Positions 19,534-29,609 of a stretch of DNA of 43,089 bases are shown here, one piece after another (within the stretch, counting starts at the first letter, position 1; the number at the start of each line of letters is the position of its first letter). Source of the DNA: a virus; UHGV virus genome UHGV-0203456, one strand, 5' to 3'. The notes beneath the pieces are model-generated. The model made no database searches. It was not told the origin of the DNA and saw only the letters and a program-made list of their open reading frames with translations. A program made the translations under genes and the position numbers.

Positions 19534-19965
19534 CTACTTATTTGCTTTTCTTAATAAATCAATTGCTCCTATATCAACTTTTTCATCAATTAATGATTTA
19601 CCCAAAATAAGCTTCTCTCGTTCTTCATAATTGAAAAACTTATTGAATTCCTTATAATAAGGTTCAGATTTTTTACCTTTAGTCGCCTTAATTTGGTTAT
19701 TTAGCCAAGATTGGAGATAGAGGTCTCTTTCATGGTCAAGTCTTTTTAACTGAAACGCCAATAGCCTAACTTCATATTCATACAAAGTCATTCGTTCAAT
19801 TTCTGATAAATCAGTAATTTCTAGGTAACGAAAACAATTAATAAGAATATTTTCATAAGCTTCAGCTGAGCTTAGTTCCTCTCTTACTTGTTCTCCATCA
19901 GAGCTTTCTTGAAATTTCTGACCGTTAACTTTCCCGCATTGCTTTCTTCTAAGTTTTTCAACGTT
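19534..19965 (-). CDS. tail assembly chaperone T-frame segment (expressed as G-T fusion by -1 frameshift)
   Basis: Open frame extends upstream of the annotated M to 19965 and overlaps the G gene by about 80 nt. No independent RBS. Confidence 0.55.
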   Translation of the reverse strand, partial: NVEKLRRKQCGKVNGQKFQESSDGEQVREELSSAEAYENILINCFRYLEITDLSEIERMTLYEYEVRLLAFQLKRLDHERDLYLQSWLNNQIKATKGKKSEPYYKEFNKFFNYEEREKLILGKSLIDEKVDIGAIDLLRKANK

Positions 19966-20234
19966 TCATCAAATAATGTCTCAATATCATCAACAGTTTC
20001 AACAAACTCATCTACTTCATCCTTAGAAGGTCTACTTTTTTCCGTAATGGTAGCTGTGTAAAGTACATCAGATAAAACAACGATATTTCCACTTACTAGC
20101 TGCGGTAATAATGTTGTTAACCCCATTCCAAGATTCACATCATTGCGAACTACCCCATGCTGCTTATCCAATTCACGAATAAACTTGACTCCAAAAATAC
20201 AGTTATATTTTTTTCCTTTAATTTCGATTTGCAT
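19884..20234 (-). CDS. tail assembly chaperone G
   Basis: 116-aa acidic protein preceding the tape measure protein. Contains the slippery site near its 3' end. Confidence 0.65.
   Translation of the reverse strand: MQIEIKGKKYNCIFGVKFIRELDKQHGVVRNDVNLGMGLTTLLPQLVSGNIVVLSDVLYTATITEKSRPSKDEVDEFVETVDDIETLFDETLKNLEESNAGKLTVRNFKKALMENK
19929..19935 (-). promoter_or_regulatory. G GGA AAG -1 frameshift slippery heptamer (G to G-T)
   Basis: Minus-strand GCG GGA AAG TTA in the G frame. A -1 shift reads GGG AAA GTT AAC GGT..., giving GKVNGQKFQESSDGEQ, which matches the T frame. Confidence 0.6.
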
Positions 20235-20289
20235 GTCTTTTCCTCCATAAGAAAAGGACAGCCGCTAAGCTGCCCTCTAAATTTATATT

Positions 20290-20748
20290 TTAAACTTGAT
20301 TATTCAATGTTAAGGTGTGTTGAGCTGTTTTCTTACCATCCTCTGTTGTTCCTGTTGTGGTATAAACACCAGCTGGTACCGTTTCTGTCCAAGTGATATT
20401 ACCTGTTTCAGAGACAGCAAGACCTTCTGTTTCAGGCGTAATCTTATAGGTTACTTTTTTGTTGATTGCATTTTCAGGCAAAACAGTTGCTGTGATTTGT
20501 CGGCTACCTGCAGTACCCGCATCTGCTGTTGATGTTTTAGGAGAAAACTCTAAGCCAGTTACAGCAATAGACAATGTTTTAAAAGCTGGAATATCTACTC
20601 GCTCTGATTCTTTCCCATTAACAACACGAGTTACTTGGTACTCACCAACTGGCACAGAGGTGTTAGGTTCCATTCCTGTTATAGTTAAAGGTGATGTGCC
20701 GGAAACAACTTCGGTTTGGCCTTTATAAATTTTAAAAGTATCCACCAT
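20290..20748 (-). CDS. Ig-like (Big_2-type) domain tail protein
   Basis: 152 aa, beta-rich Thr/Gly-rich sequence. Own RBS AAAGGAAAA. A stop codon 5 codons upstream in its frame argues against fusion to the major tail protein. Confidence 0.55.
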   Translation of the reverse strand: MVDTFKIYKGQTEVVSGTSPLTITGMEPNTSVPVGEYQVTRVVNGKESERVDIPAFKTLSIAVTGLEFSPKTSTADAGTAGSRQITATVLPENAINKKVTYKITPETEGLAVSETGNITWTETVPAGVYTTTGTTEDGKKTAQHTLTLNNQV

Positions 20749-20825
20749 ATTTATTTTCCTTTCTTAGCTTAATTCAATAGAAGCCCCATCGACTGTAGGA
20801 GTTACACTTCCCACAGAAGGGCTAT

Positions 20826-21356
20826 CTACTTTCCCGGATCAGCTGTTTCAATAGTTGTATCTTTGAAGACATATTGAACTACTTCTTCTTGATCAGCAGT
20901 TAATGTCGCAAATCCTTTTGCACCTTTACCATTGATACCAAATTCTAATGAAACTTCTACGGTGTCTTCAGCATTAGGTGATTTACCAAATGATGTTACA
21001 TATCCTTGGTAATAGGTTGCCTTGTATTTGTCAGCATTATCTCCTGCACCTTTTTCTGCTTTGTTGATTTCCCAAATTTCAATAATATCGTCATTGTCTA
21101 AAGCTTCTTCTAGTTGATCAACATACGGATCACCGACTGATAAAATAGATGTTGCTGAAAAATCAATTTCCAATGATCCTGGGATACGAATCGGACCATC
21201 TTTAGTGGCCACGGAGTCACTATCTTTTGTTTTTGTATTTTCATGTTCTGTCTGGAAAGCTAATTTCCATGCTGCTTCCTCTTTTGATTTTTTTAACAAA
21301 CGGAAAAGTAAAATAATATCAATACCTTTAGCCGCTACTTTTGCTTCATTAGCCAT
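20826..21356 (-). CDS. major tail protein
   Basis: 176 aa. Canonical position between the head-tail joining genes and the G/T chaperones. Confidence 0.75.
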   Translation of the reverse strand: MANEAKVAAKGIDIILLFRLLKKSKEEAAWKLAFQTEHENTKTKDSDSVATKDGPIRIPGSLEIDFSATSILSVGDPYVDQLEEALDNDDIIEIWEINKAEKGAGDNADKYKATYYQGYVTSFGKSPNAEDTVEVSLEFGINGKGAKGFATLTADQEEVVQYVFKDTTIETADPGK

Positions 21357-21371
21357 TTATATTCCTTCTCT

Positions 21372-21761
21372 CTATAGTATTTTGAATTCTAAAGATATCA
21401 TTGCCCGCTTCAATGGTGTGTTAGTCGAAATGTCATCTACTAACCGAATACCGCTTGATTGGATATTGAGCGACCAATAATAACCTTCCGTTTCAGAAAT
21501 AGATAGAGCCTCAGCAAAAATTGCTGAAGCCATATCCGATATTTGTTTACGTTTTTTTGCCAATCCCCATACAGATAGATTCAATGTAACCGAACCTTTA
21601 ATATCAGTTTTGTTGGCTTGGTGCAGTGTCTGAGTATCTTCTAATTCGACAAATGGATAACCTACATCATTCGTAGGTTTGTAATCGTAGGTTTCATAAC
21701 CCAGTGATTGACACTTCTTATACACTTCATCGAAGATTGATTGATCTCTTGTTTTAATCAT
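21372..21761 (-). CDS. tail completion / tail terminator-like protein
   Basis: Position and size (129 aa) in the head-tail joining cluster. Confidence 0.45.
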   Translation of the reverse strand: MIKTRDQSIFDEVYKKCQSLGYETYDYKPTNDVGYPFVELEDTQTLHQANKTDIKGSVTLNLSVWGLAKKRKQISDMASAIFAEALSISETEGYYWSLNIQSSGIRLVDDISTNTPLKRAMISLEFKIL

Positions 21762-22141
21762 TTCATCAACCTTTCCAAGTCCGTTCTAAATTTCACTTTT
21801 TGTTGTTTCAGAGGTGGTAAAAAGAAATCACGTTTCACCATGAATCTTGTTCCGTGTATTAAGTATGGTGCGTATTCTGTTCCTGGTCCTGTATGCCCAG
21901 AAAAACCATTGTTCGAAAGCCTCATAACGATACTTCTTTTTGTTGCCCCAGTAGGTTTAACAAACTTTTTACCTTCCCAGTGTCCAGTTAACACTTTTCC
22001 GGCTTCAGCTTGCATATTGGCGGTTAATTCTGCTGTGTTGTTTCTAACAACTGTTTTCACATCATCAAGCTGAGCATTTCTCTTTAGTTTTTTAGAAATT
22101 CCAGCTAATCCATTAATTCTTACTTGACTTCTTGCCATCAA
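21758..22141 (-). CDS. HK97 gp10-like head-tail joining protein
   Basis: 127 aa. Order and size are typical. Translationally coupled overlaps with its neighbours. Confidence 0.5.
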   Translation of the reverse strand: MMARSQVRINGLAGISKKLKRNAQLDDVKTVVRNNTAELTANMQAEAGKVLTGHWEGKKFVKPTGATKRSIVMRLSNNGFSGHTGPGTEYAPYLIHGTRFMVKRDFFLPPLKQQKVKFRTDLERLMK

Positions 22142-22448
22142 TAGTCACTTCCTGAATAATCAAGCTATTTCTTAATGCAGGAACTCTACTTGTAATAACT
22201 TCCCAAGTTTTACCTTCAAACTCAATGTAATCAAATTCTGGAATAACGAAAAGGGGCTGTGTCCTAATGACCTTAGCCCCTTCTTTAATGCTTCCGAAAA
22301 TAGTAATAGAACGATCTGTACCAATATCAGTTACATTGATATCAGCAGTTTTTCTAAACGGTTCTTCTTCAATCCATTCACCTAAATTTGGATCATAATG
22401 CGATTCTGAAGATTTTTTTACAAAGGTAATTTCATCTAAATATCTCAT
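22113..22448 (-). CDS. head closure / head-tail adaptor protein
   Basis: 111 aa, in the position after the connector protein. Confidence 0.45.
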   Translation of the reverse strand: MRYLDEITFVKKSSESHYDPNLGEWIEEEPFRKTADINVTDIGTDRSITIFGSIKEGAKVIRTQPLFVIPEFDYIEFEGKTWEVITSRVPALRNSLIIQEVTIDGKKSSKN

Positions 22449-22780
22449 GAAAATGTAAACCTCCCACGTTTAGGCTTATAAAGTTCTTCTATTTCCTTAT
22501 TCTTATACTCTTCAATCTCATCTTGATATTCAGAAAAATCAGAGTCTGGAAATGCCATAGATAAACCTTCTTGAGAATAAGATTGCATTCCTTCTTGGCC
22601 AATACGATTAAATCGTTTTAAAGTGACTTCATATACAACTGAATCAAAACTTTTTGGTAACTCAGTGACATTCAATATATTTTGAAGCCGATCTTTTGTA
22701 CGTCTTTCAATGATTTCTAATTTTTCATCAAGACTGCCATTTAATAATTTTTTTACATCATTTGCTATCTCTGACATCAA
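22445..22780 (-). CDS. head-tail connector (gp6-like DNA packaging) protein
   Basis: 111 aa, directly downstream of the major capsid gene. Confidence 0.5.
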   Translation of the reverse strand: MMSEIANDVKKLLNGSLDEKLEIIERRTKDRLQNILNVTELPKSFDSVVYEVTLKRFNRIGQEGMQSYSQEGLSMAFPDSDFSEYQDEIEEYKNKEIEELYKPKRGRFTFS

Positions 22781-22850
22781 AACACCACCTAAGTTAGTTC
22801 GATTGTCGCCCCATTTGTTGTCGGTGTTACTTTTCCGACAACAGGGCTAG

Positions 22851-23783
22851 TTACTCCCCCGCAGCTTTTGGTTGAATCTTAGCAAATGCTTCATCTTTGA
22901 TGACCATGAAACCAATATCCATTGTAGCTCGTAAAGCAACCAATTCTTGTTCGTACAAGTTGACAGGCGTACCGTCTTCATTCGTTAAAGTAGATAATTG
23001 AGCTTCTTCTGAAATTTTGAAATTAATGTTAAATGGGATACCATAGCGCAAGTAATCAAAATCACCAGTATAAAGGTTTCCCTTATCCATAGATTTTAGA
23101 TCTGCTACAGGTAGTCCATCAATAGTATTGCTGACACGATCATAAATAAATTGAGTTGTGTCACCAATTTTTTTACTTGCTTCACGTAACACTGTACGAT
23201 TCTTACGATTAGAAATGAAAGCATTCGGATCGTATTCACCTTCTCCAAGCAAATCCTCTAATGCTAAAATGTTGTCATATGTCAAGTCGCCCTCAATTAC
23301 ATTACTAGCTGCAATGACAGATTTTTCAATAGATTGAGAGAATGGATTTTCTTTATCAAGGATAGTAGCCGCATCGATTTTCTTATAAAATGCTTCTGCG
23401 ATTTTTGGTTGCATTTGAGTAAAGAAATCAGACATCTTATAAGTTAAATATTCCCGAGAAACTGGGATAATAACACCAATTTTTTTCGCAGTCATCGTTA
23501 CGTTTAACCATTTAGGTTTAGACGTTTTAATCTTTTCGCCTTCACCAACCCAGTACGCCCCAGGACCTTCTGCAAAGTATTCGAATTTCTTTTCTTTGCC
23601 GTCCATTTCTTCATATTTAGCCAACTGCATTAACTTAGAATTTTCCATCACATCTTTTAAAATTAAAGTGTTGTACTTATCTGGAATTGTTCCATCTTTT
23701 TTCTCTAATACAGTGACGTTGTCTGGATTCCATGTTTGAGCAAACATTTGAATATCCATTTTCATTAATTGTTTTTTCTTCAT
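22851..23783 (-). CDS. major capsid protein
   Basis: 310 aa. RBS AGGAGGAAAT. Preceded by a scaffold gene. Typical size. Confidence 0.8.
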   Translation of the reverse strand: MKKKQLMKMDIQMFAQTWNPDNVTVLEKKDGTIPDKYNTLILKDVMENSKLMQLAKYEEMDGKEKKFEYFAEGPGAYWVGEGEKIKTSKPKWLNVTMTAKKIGVIIPVSREYLTYKMSDFFTQMQPKIAEAFYKKIDAATILDKENPFSQSIEKSVIAASNVIEGDLTYDNILALEDLLGEGEYDPNAFISNRKNRTVLREASKKIGDTTQFIYDRVSNTIDGLPVADLKSMDKGNLYTGDFDYLRYGIPFNINFKISEEAQLSTLTNEDGTPVNLYEQELVALRATMDIGFMVIKDEAFAKIQPKAAGE

Positions 23784-23795
23784 TTATATTTCCTC

Positions 23796-24395
23796 CTATT
23801 TTACAATTCGTTTACTTGCTGCAAGAGCTGCAACTGATTCGGTTTCTTTTTTATCAGTTGAAAATTGTCCGCCCTCACCTGGTGTTTTTTGGCGAGCATT
23901 TTCTTTCTTAATCATTGATACATAGTTCGTAACAATAGCGACAGCTTTTTTTGTGGCTTCCGCATCATCTGAAACAATCAATCCTAGCAAATCATCGTCA
24001 TGCGGCAAACTAGCCTCTGAAAGCATTTTAGAAGCTTCTTTTGACATGGAAACTAATGCTTGACTACGTTCCAATTCCGCAATTTTTGCTTCTAGCTGTT
24101 TCTTTTCATGTTCAGCTTTTTCCTGAGCATTCATTTTTGCCAGTTTTTCTGCTTCTGCTTGTTTTTCTTGTTGCTCTTTTTCCCAAGCTTCTTTTGTTTT
24201 TGATACTTCAGCAGCAATCATTTTTGCTACTTCATCACGAGAAAACGTTTTTCCATTGCCTTTATCTTTACTATCATCTTCTGGTGGCGTTTGTTCTTGA
24301 CCTCCGGCCGGTTGGTCCGTATCTCCAGTGCCAGTATCTGGATTATCAGCAAAGAATTGTAAATGCATTGGCAATAATAGTTTTTTTGTTTTCAT
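23796..24395 (-). CDS. scaffolding protein
   Basis: 199 aa, highly charged coiled coil (EKEQQEKQAEAEKLAKMNAQEKAEHEKKQLEAKIAELE). RBS GGAGGA. Confidence 0.65.
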   Translation of the reverse strand: MKTKKLLLPMHLQFFADNPDTGTGDTDQPAGGQEQTPPEDDSKDKGNGKTFSRDEVAKMIAAEVSKTKEAWEKEQQEKQAEAEKLAKMNAQEKAEHEKKQLEAKIAELERSQALVSMSKEASKMLSEASLPHDDDLLGLIVSDDAEATKKAVAIVTNYVSMIKKENARQKTPGEGGQFSTDKKETESVAALAASKRIVK

Positions 24396-24517
24396 GATTA
24401 TCCTCCACGGTTACGCCGCTACCCGATATATTTGATAAGTTACGCCTATCAATCGAAACAGCTTTCTCTTTAGTGCCTGTAAGCAGTAAGAAGGCAATAT
24501 AAAAAGCCTAACGTTTG

Positions 24518-24871
24518 TTAGACTTTAATTGCCTTATTTTCCCATTTTTTGTATGCATCAAAATAAATCTCTTGCTTGTCGCCGTTTAATGTTAATTCAT
24601 AATACATACCATCAAGTAAAGTAGTGCTTAATAGAGCTTTGTTATTCTGCAATGTTTTACAACTCCAAACTACAAAAACATCTTTTTTGGTAATTTCTTT
24701 TTGATCTGATTTATCCAAGTGTTTGTTTGCATAATTTGAAACAATTTCTTTACATTTATCAATAAATTCTTGTGAATCCATCATTTTACCCTCTTTTCTT
24801 AAATATTCTTCATAATCAGCATCTAAATAGTCATAAGGATCGTCATTCATAGAATCACACCTTTCTGTCAT
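24518..24871 (-). CDS. hypothetical protein
   Basis: 117-aa ORF between the head morphogenesis and scaffold genes. Confidence 0.45.
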   Translation of the reverse strand: MTERCDSMNDDPYDYLDADYEEYLRKEGKMMDSQEFIDKCKEIVSNYANKHLDKSDQKEITKKDVFVVWSCKTLQNNKALLSTTLLDGMYYELTLNGDKQEIYFDAYKKWENKAIKV

Positions 24872-24875
24872 AATT

Positions 24876-25145
24876 TTAAAGTGATTCTTCGACTTCTTTT
24901 CTTAATTCAGAAATTAATCTGTTTAGCTTTTCTGTCAATTTACCTTTCTTTTTTGTACCAAATTTTGTTTTTCTTTGTTCATACATTAATAACTTGATTT
25001 CGGTATTCATATACATAATTGTCGCTTTATATCCACAATTTGCACATTCAGCATAATGGTGTTCGACATCCTTCGTGATATTTTCAGATTTTCTAATTAA
25101 AGGAGTGTGTTTATGACATTGATTGCATTTATATAGATTATCCAT
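24876..25145 (-). CDS. zinc-ribbon protein (CxxC...CxxC)
   Basis: CNQCHKH...CANCGYK. Confidence 0.45.
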   Translation of the reverse strand: MDNLYKCNQCHKHTPLIRKSENITKDVEHHYAECANCGYKATIMYMNTEIKLLMYEQRKTKFGTKKKGKLTEKLNRLISELRKEVEESL

Positions 25146-26084
25146 TTACAAACCTCTTTCTTTCAGCGACTTCTCATAATCCTCACTAATTTTAGGGACA
25201 GTAGAGCACTTACAATGAGGATGCATATAAGGAGCATTAATACCTTTTTTCATCTTTAATACTCTATAAGGGCTTCCCTTAGCCACTTTTTTACATATTT
25301 CACAGGCAAACGGTTCTGCAATGTAATCATATTCTTCGATATCTGCATCCAAGTAACTTTGCTTTTGAATATCTGTTTGAATACCAGATATTTCAGTCAT
25401 CATTAACCTATTTAGCTTGTACCTTATATTTAATTGGTTAGGCTTTATAAATTTAGCCATCTCTTTTGCTACTGCTCTTGGATTTTTCCCTTGAGTGATT
25501 GCCTGAGTGATTGTTTTTTCTAAATCAGCTTTCATTTCAACAAAATTTTGCCAAATGTTATCACTAAACGAAGGGAATTCACTTGATTTGAATGATGCAT
25601 TAACAATTTTTCTAACCTTAGACGAATAATTTTCTTTAACGGTTTCGCCTAATATTCCCGCCTGTCTTAAATACTCATCTTTTGCTGCTTCAGATAACTG
25701 AGAATATCCCCACTTATCTAGCTCATCAAACAACGTGATTAGTTCTAAACCAATTTGAGACTTTAATAGCTCTAATCTAGACACTCGCATTACTAAGTTA
25801 TAGATTTTCAATTCTTTATTGGCCTGTGGACTAAAGTCTTTATTTTTTACATACTCCTTCGCTTTTCTCTCAAAGCGTTTTACGTCCATCTTATTAGCCA
25901 TTTTTCTTGCTTCGCTAATCGTAATCTTTTGGCCATTGGAAAATCTATCCCAGTTAGCTTCAATTTCGGTTTGAATCGCATCAATAGCATTTTGAAGCTG
26001 TTGAACAATTTCTTTTTCTCTATCGCGATCTAGCTTCATCTGTTCTTTGATCCAAGATTCTTCACGATTTTTCAAGTAGGACAT
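25146..26084 (-). CDS. head morphogenesis / minor capsid protein (SPP1 gp7 / Mu F-like)
   Basis: 312 aa directly after the portal. C-terminal Cys/His cluster (CEICKK...HPHCKC). Confidence 0.7.
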   Translation of the reverse strand: MSYLKNREESWIKEQMKLDRDREKEIVQQLQNAIDAIQTEIEANWDRFSNGQKITISEARKMANKMDVKRFERKAKEYVKNKDFSPQANKELKIYNLVMRVSRLELLKSQIGLELITLFDELDKWGYSQLSEAAKDEYLRQAGILGETVKENYSSKVRKIVNASFKSSEFPSFSDNIWQNFVEMKADLEKTITQAITQGKNPRAVAKEMAKFIKPNQLNIRYKLNRLMMTEISGIQTDIQKQSYLDADIEEYDYIAEPFACEICKKVAKGSPYRVLKMKKGINAPYMHPHCKCSTVPKISEDYEKSLKERGL

Positions 26085-26088
26085 TCAA

Positions 26089-27627
26089 TCATTCCTCCTC
26101 GGTTTCCTTTTCCGATTGTTTAGCTAAAAATTTTGCCTGATTCACTTTCGTTTTGGCTACTTCTTCATCAGTAATATCTAATGGTTTATTTTCATTTTTT
26201 ACACGTTCTAATTCAGCTTGAACATCATCAACAAACGAAGCTAGACCTAAAATTGTTTCTTGGCTTAACTCAGCTCCAGAGTCAATCAATGTTTTTAATT
26301 CTTCTAGAATTGCTTTCGGAAGATTAGGAGTAAAGATAATTCGCAATCCTTTTAAATCGGAGTTATCAATCTCAGAAACACTTGATTTTAGATTAAATAA
26401 AAGACGATAGCGCCGCACAAGACTTTTTTTAAATAGTCTTTGCTTTACTGCCGTCATTTGATTGAAACCAAACATTTTATACTTCATTGCTTCTCCTGAT
26501 TGAACACCAGAAAAATTTGTATCTGTTAAATCTGGAATCATAGATATTTCATGTATCCCTTTTCTCACTCGTTCTTTGTAGGCTTCAACGCCGTTTACAT
26601 CGTATTGTTTATAGATGTAGCTAGCATTCACTGAGGTCTTGTTACCATTGATATCTGTGCCAGATTCAAGTAAAAGAATGTTCGCTTCTTTTTGCTTAAT
26701 AGCATCTTCGGTTGATAGACCCGCTGCTTCAATGTCTCCGCTAATCACTAATAGCGCATCGTTTAAGTCCGTCATGTAATTAGCAGTGTCAGACTGTCCA
26801 GCATCATACAAATCGATTTGAGATAAAATATCTTCATACAATCCCATTCTAAAACGATTAGGAGAAAACTCAGTTATCTGAACTTCTTTGTAATCATGAG
26901 AATCCTCTTTTGGATCACTTAGTTTAATCGTAGCAAGAGTCGTTTCAGCGTAAGTAATGATTTTGTCTTTTGTGTAAATTATCGGTTGAATATACTGTTT
27001 GTCTGCATCTATAGTAAATTTAGTTTTAGGATAACGAACAGCAAGTATTGGTCTACGCTTGACCGTTGTATCATAAACAACAAACGTTTCAAAAACATTG
27101 CATAGATCAACATAGTCAACGTCATCTTCATCTCGATATATGATTTCATAAGCTCGGCCGTATTTATCCATATCTAACCACAATTCTCCATTCAATCCGT
27201 CAATGTCATTATCTTGATTGAAATTATCAATGGTCTCTTGACTAGCTTTATTATTAATTTGAACTTTTAATGGATTGCCTGTATTGTATCCAACATCAAA
27301 CGTTGCAAGAACTTTTCCAAAATTATGAGCAGCTCTATGGTCTGCTTTTTCTTTTTCCTTACGGCGACGATTTTTGATGATGTTTGTATTCTTTGCTTTA
27401 TAATAATCATCCAAAACCTGTAGACGTGGAACCTGGTGTTCATTATGGTGCGCAATCATTTTTGCTAAAACATCAGTATTATCCAACAATTCTTCTGCAG
27501 AACTATATCTATAGTGAATATTTGATTCTACGCCAAAGCTAACAAAATTTTCATTCACATCACTTGAATAGCTGATGTCCGATCCATGTTCAAATTCATT
27601 AACTTTTTGGATTTCTTCATTTTCCAT
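26089..27627 (-). CDS. portal protein
   Basis: 512 aa following the large terminase. Acidic C-terminus. Confidence 0.85.
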   Translation of the reverse strand: MENEEIQKVNEFEHGSDISYSSDVNENFVSFGVESNIHYRYSSAEELLDNTDVLAKMIAHHNEHQVPRLQVLDDYYKAKNTNIIKNRRRKEKEKADHRAAHNFGKVLATFDVGYNTGNPLKVQINNKASQETIDNFNQDNDIDGLNGELWLDMDKYGRAYEIIYRDEDDVDYVDLCNVFETFVVYDTTVKRRPILAVRYPKTKFTIDADKQYIQPIIYTKDKIITYAETTLATIKLSDPKEDSHDYKEVQITEFSPNRFRMGLYEDILSQIDLYDAGQSDTANYMTDLNDALLVISGDIEAAGLSTEDAIKQKEANILLLESGTDINGNKTSVNASYIYKQYDVNGVEAYKERVRKGIHEISMIPDLTDTNFSGVQSGEAMKYKMFGFNQMTAVKQRLFKKSLVRRYRLLFNLKSSVSEIDNSDLKGLRIIFTPNLPKAILEELKTLIDSGAELSQETILGLASFVDDVQAELERVKNENKPLDITDEEVAKTKVNQAKFLAKQSEKETEEE

Positions 27628-27644
27628 ACTTCACACTCCTTTTT

Positions 27645-28970
27645 TTAAAACATTCTTTTTATTTTGTTTCTTTGATTTTTACTAATTTTAGTTTTTTTCT
27701 TCGCCCACATGTCTTCATTAAATCCGTAACGTGTGGCATCAATTGTATGATTGTCTTTATCTTCTAGTCTCGGTTTAGGATTACCATCTCTATCAGTCTG
27801 ATAATCAATGTTTTCAAATTCCTTAGCTATATTTGGAGTCCTCAATGGATCGATACAAATAAAATCTAAGTCATCTAGCCATTGCTCACCATATTCAACC
27901 GAATCCGGGCCTTTTTTAACACCTTTTATATGATTGATACCATGCTCATTTACTAACTCTGCATTACTTTTGGGCTCAGCAGAATCAGAAAAAATTTCAT
28001 CATTTTGATAGCCCTTTTCATGTAGTTTTTTAGCTAATTCCCTATTACTAATTTTCACACCATATATCTCATCAATAGCATAGATACCATTTTTCTTTTT
28101 ATCATAATGCCATCGAACGAACGCTAACGGATCAGTTGCATAGCCGAAGTCAAGACCGTTTCTGATATTATCAAAGTTAGTTACCATTTCATCAGTTATA
28201 CAGCCTTTCTCCACTTTTAGGTTACTGAATGGAACTACTCCAGAACCGATTGCTTCACCATCGTATTCCCATCTAGCACGCAAAGGATTTCTATCTCTTG
28301 CTGCCTCCACTTCTCTCAAGAATTCTCTCGAAATAAAAGGATTATCTTTATAAGTAGAGTGATGAACAAATGTATTCTCAGGTTGGAAACTAGATTCATA
28401 TTTTTTGTTCACCCAAGATTGTCGACGTTTTGGCGGGTTGTAGCTGAAAAAGAATTTATAAAAAAGACCATCTCCTAATTCACCACGTAAAAGTGAATTG
28501 GTAATGGTCGTTACTTCATCTTCAGTTTTAAACTCGCCTAACTCCTCAATCCAGCCAATCGCAAACGGGAATCTACTATCTTTTAAAGACTTGATTCTTT
28601 CGGGATTTTGGGCACCTCTGAAAATCATATAATTCCCACGAGGTATGTATGTGATTCTTAACGGTGATTTATTAAATTTAAATAGATGCGTTACCCCTTG
28701 CTGTTCAATCGCCCACTTCATTTGCTCGTAGATTGATTGTTCTAATGTATTATCAACATATCGAATGCCAACCGCATTGACAGCATACCTCATAAGTAAT
28801 TGAGTAATAATATGTGCAATATCTGATGATTTACCAGAACCGCGTCCACCCTTACAAACAATATTCAGTATGTCCGAGTTAAGAGTTGCTCTCCATACCG
28901 AATGAAATTTTTTCGGTAATAATTCTGATAGTTTTTTCTTAACCATCATCATCACCGATATCATCAACAA
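27645..28970 (-). CDS. terL: terminase large subunit
   Basis: Walker A CKGGRGSGKSS and a C-terminal nuclease region. The real start is probably a few codons inside (MMMVKKK), since the annotated start overlaps the terS end. Confidence 0.9.
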   Translation of the reverse strand: MLMISVMMMVKKKLSELLPKKFHSVWRATLNSDILNIVCKGGRGSGKSSDIAHIITQLLMRYAVNAVGIRYVDNTLEQSIYEQMKWAIEQQGVTHLFKFNKSPLRITYIPRGNYMIFRGAQNPERIKSLKDSRFPFAIGWIEELGEFKTEDEVTTITNSLLRGELGDGLFYKFFFSYNPPKRRQSWVNKKYESSFQPENTFVHHSTYKDNPFISREFLREVEAARDRNPLRARWEYDGEAIGSGVVPFSNLKVEKGCITDEMVTNFDNIRNGLDFGYATDPLAFVRWHYDKKKNGIYAIDEIYGVKISNRELAKKLHEKGYQNDEIFSDSAEPKSNAELVNEHGINHIKGVKKGPDSVEYGEQWLDDLDFICIDPLRTPNIAKEFENIDYQTDRDGNPKPRLEDKDNHTIDATRYGFNEDMWAKKKTKISKNQRNKIKRMF

Positions 28971-29409
28971 ATACTGGCATTTCAGTAACTTCTATTTGTT
29001 GCTTGTCAGTGAACAGCGCATGACGTTTACCGAGTAATTCGGCTGCTTTAGTCCTCTCTTCCGTACTAGGGGTATATTCATAGCTTTTTTGATGAGTGAA
29101 TACTTCTCCTTCATCATTAGTTGTTTCGGTATTATAAACACCTTTCATTTTTTCACCACGCATGGTGCTAGTGAGATATTCTAGGACTTCTTGTGCATCT
29201 GCAACTCTTTCGTTCTGCATCTTTTCTAGCTGTTCATCAATATATCGCTTCACGTTAGCATCTGTTAGCAGTCTACTTGCATTCACTCTTGCTGTGGTGT
29301 CTTTTTTTATGTTTGGATATGCGACTTTATACGCTCTCGTACCATTCATATCAATCAGCCATTCATCAGCAAAAACCTGATGTTTTGGATTCCTTATCAT
29401 GTTATTCAC
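28939..29409 (-). CDS. terS: terminase small subunit
   Basis: 156 aa with an N-terminal DNA-binding-like region, immediately upstream of terL. RBS AGGAGGTGAAT. Confidence 0.75.
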   Translation of the reverse strand: MNNMIRNPKHQVFADEWLIDMNGTRAYKVAYPNIKKDTTARVNASRLLTDANVKRYIDEQLEKMQNERVADAQEVLEYLTSTMRGEKMKGVYNTETTNDEGEVFTHQKSYEYTPSTEERTKAAELLGKRHALFTDKQQIEVTEMPVFVDDIGDDDG

Positions 29410-29543
29410 CTCCTAATTAATTTTATGTAAATGTGCGACAGATACACAAATACCTGTTATACTCTTTATAAGGTAGCGCTCCTTTTTTAAAAACTTAAGT
29501 TCAGAAACTACAATCTATCTTAATTTTGACACTAACGCTACCT

Positions 29544-29577
29544 AGCCACTAGAACCCATAGTCTAGTGGCTTTTTTA
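29544..29577 (+). terminator. plus-strand intrinsic terminator hairpin upstream of terS (antisense orientation)
   Basis: AGCCACTAG-aacccatagt-CTAGTGGCT followed by TTTTTTAT on the plus strand. Confidence 0.45.
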
Positions 29578-29582
29578 TGTAC

Positions 29583-29609
29583 GAAAAAAAGACCACTAAA
29601 TAAGTGATC
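29583..29609 (-). terminator. rho-independent terminator of the accessory gene
   Basis: Minus-strand TAG-ATCACTtatttAGTGGTC-TTTTTTT. Overlaps the stop codon. Confidence 0.55.

Noticed and set aside
20749-20825. Programmed frameshift fusing the major tail protein to the downstream Ig-like domain ORF
   Set aside because: The Ig-like ORF frame has a stop codon only 5 codons upstream of its ATG, so no overlap window exists. The gene has its own RBS and is more likely independent.
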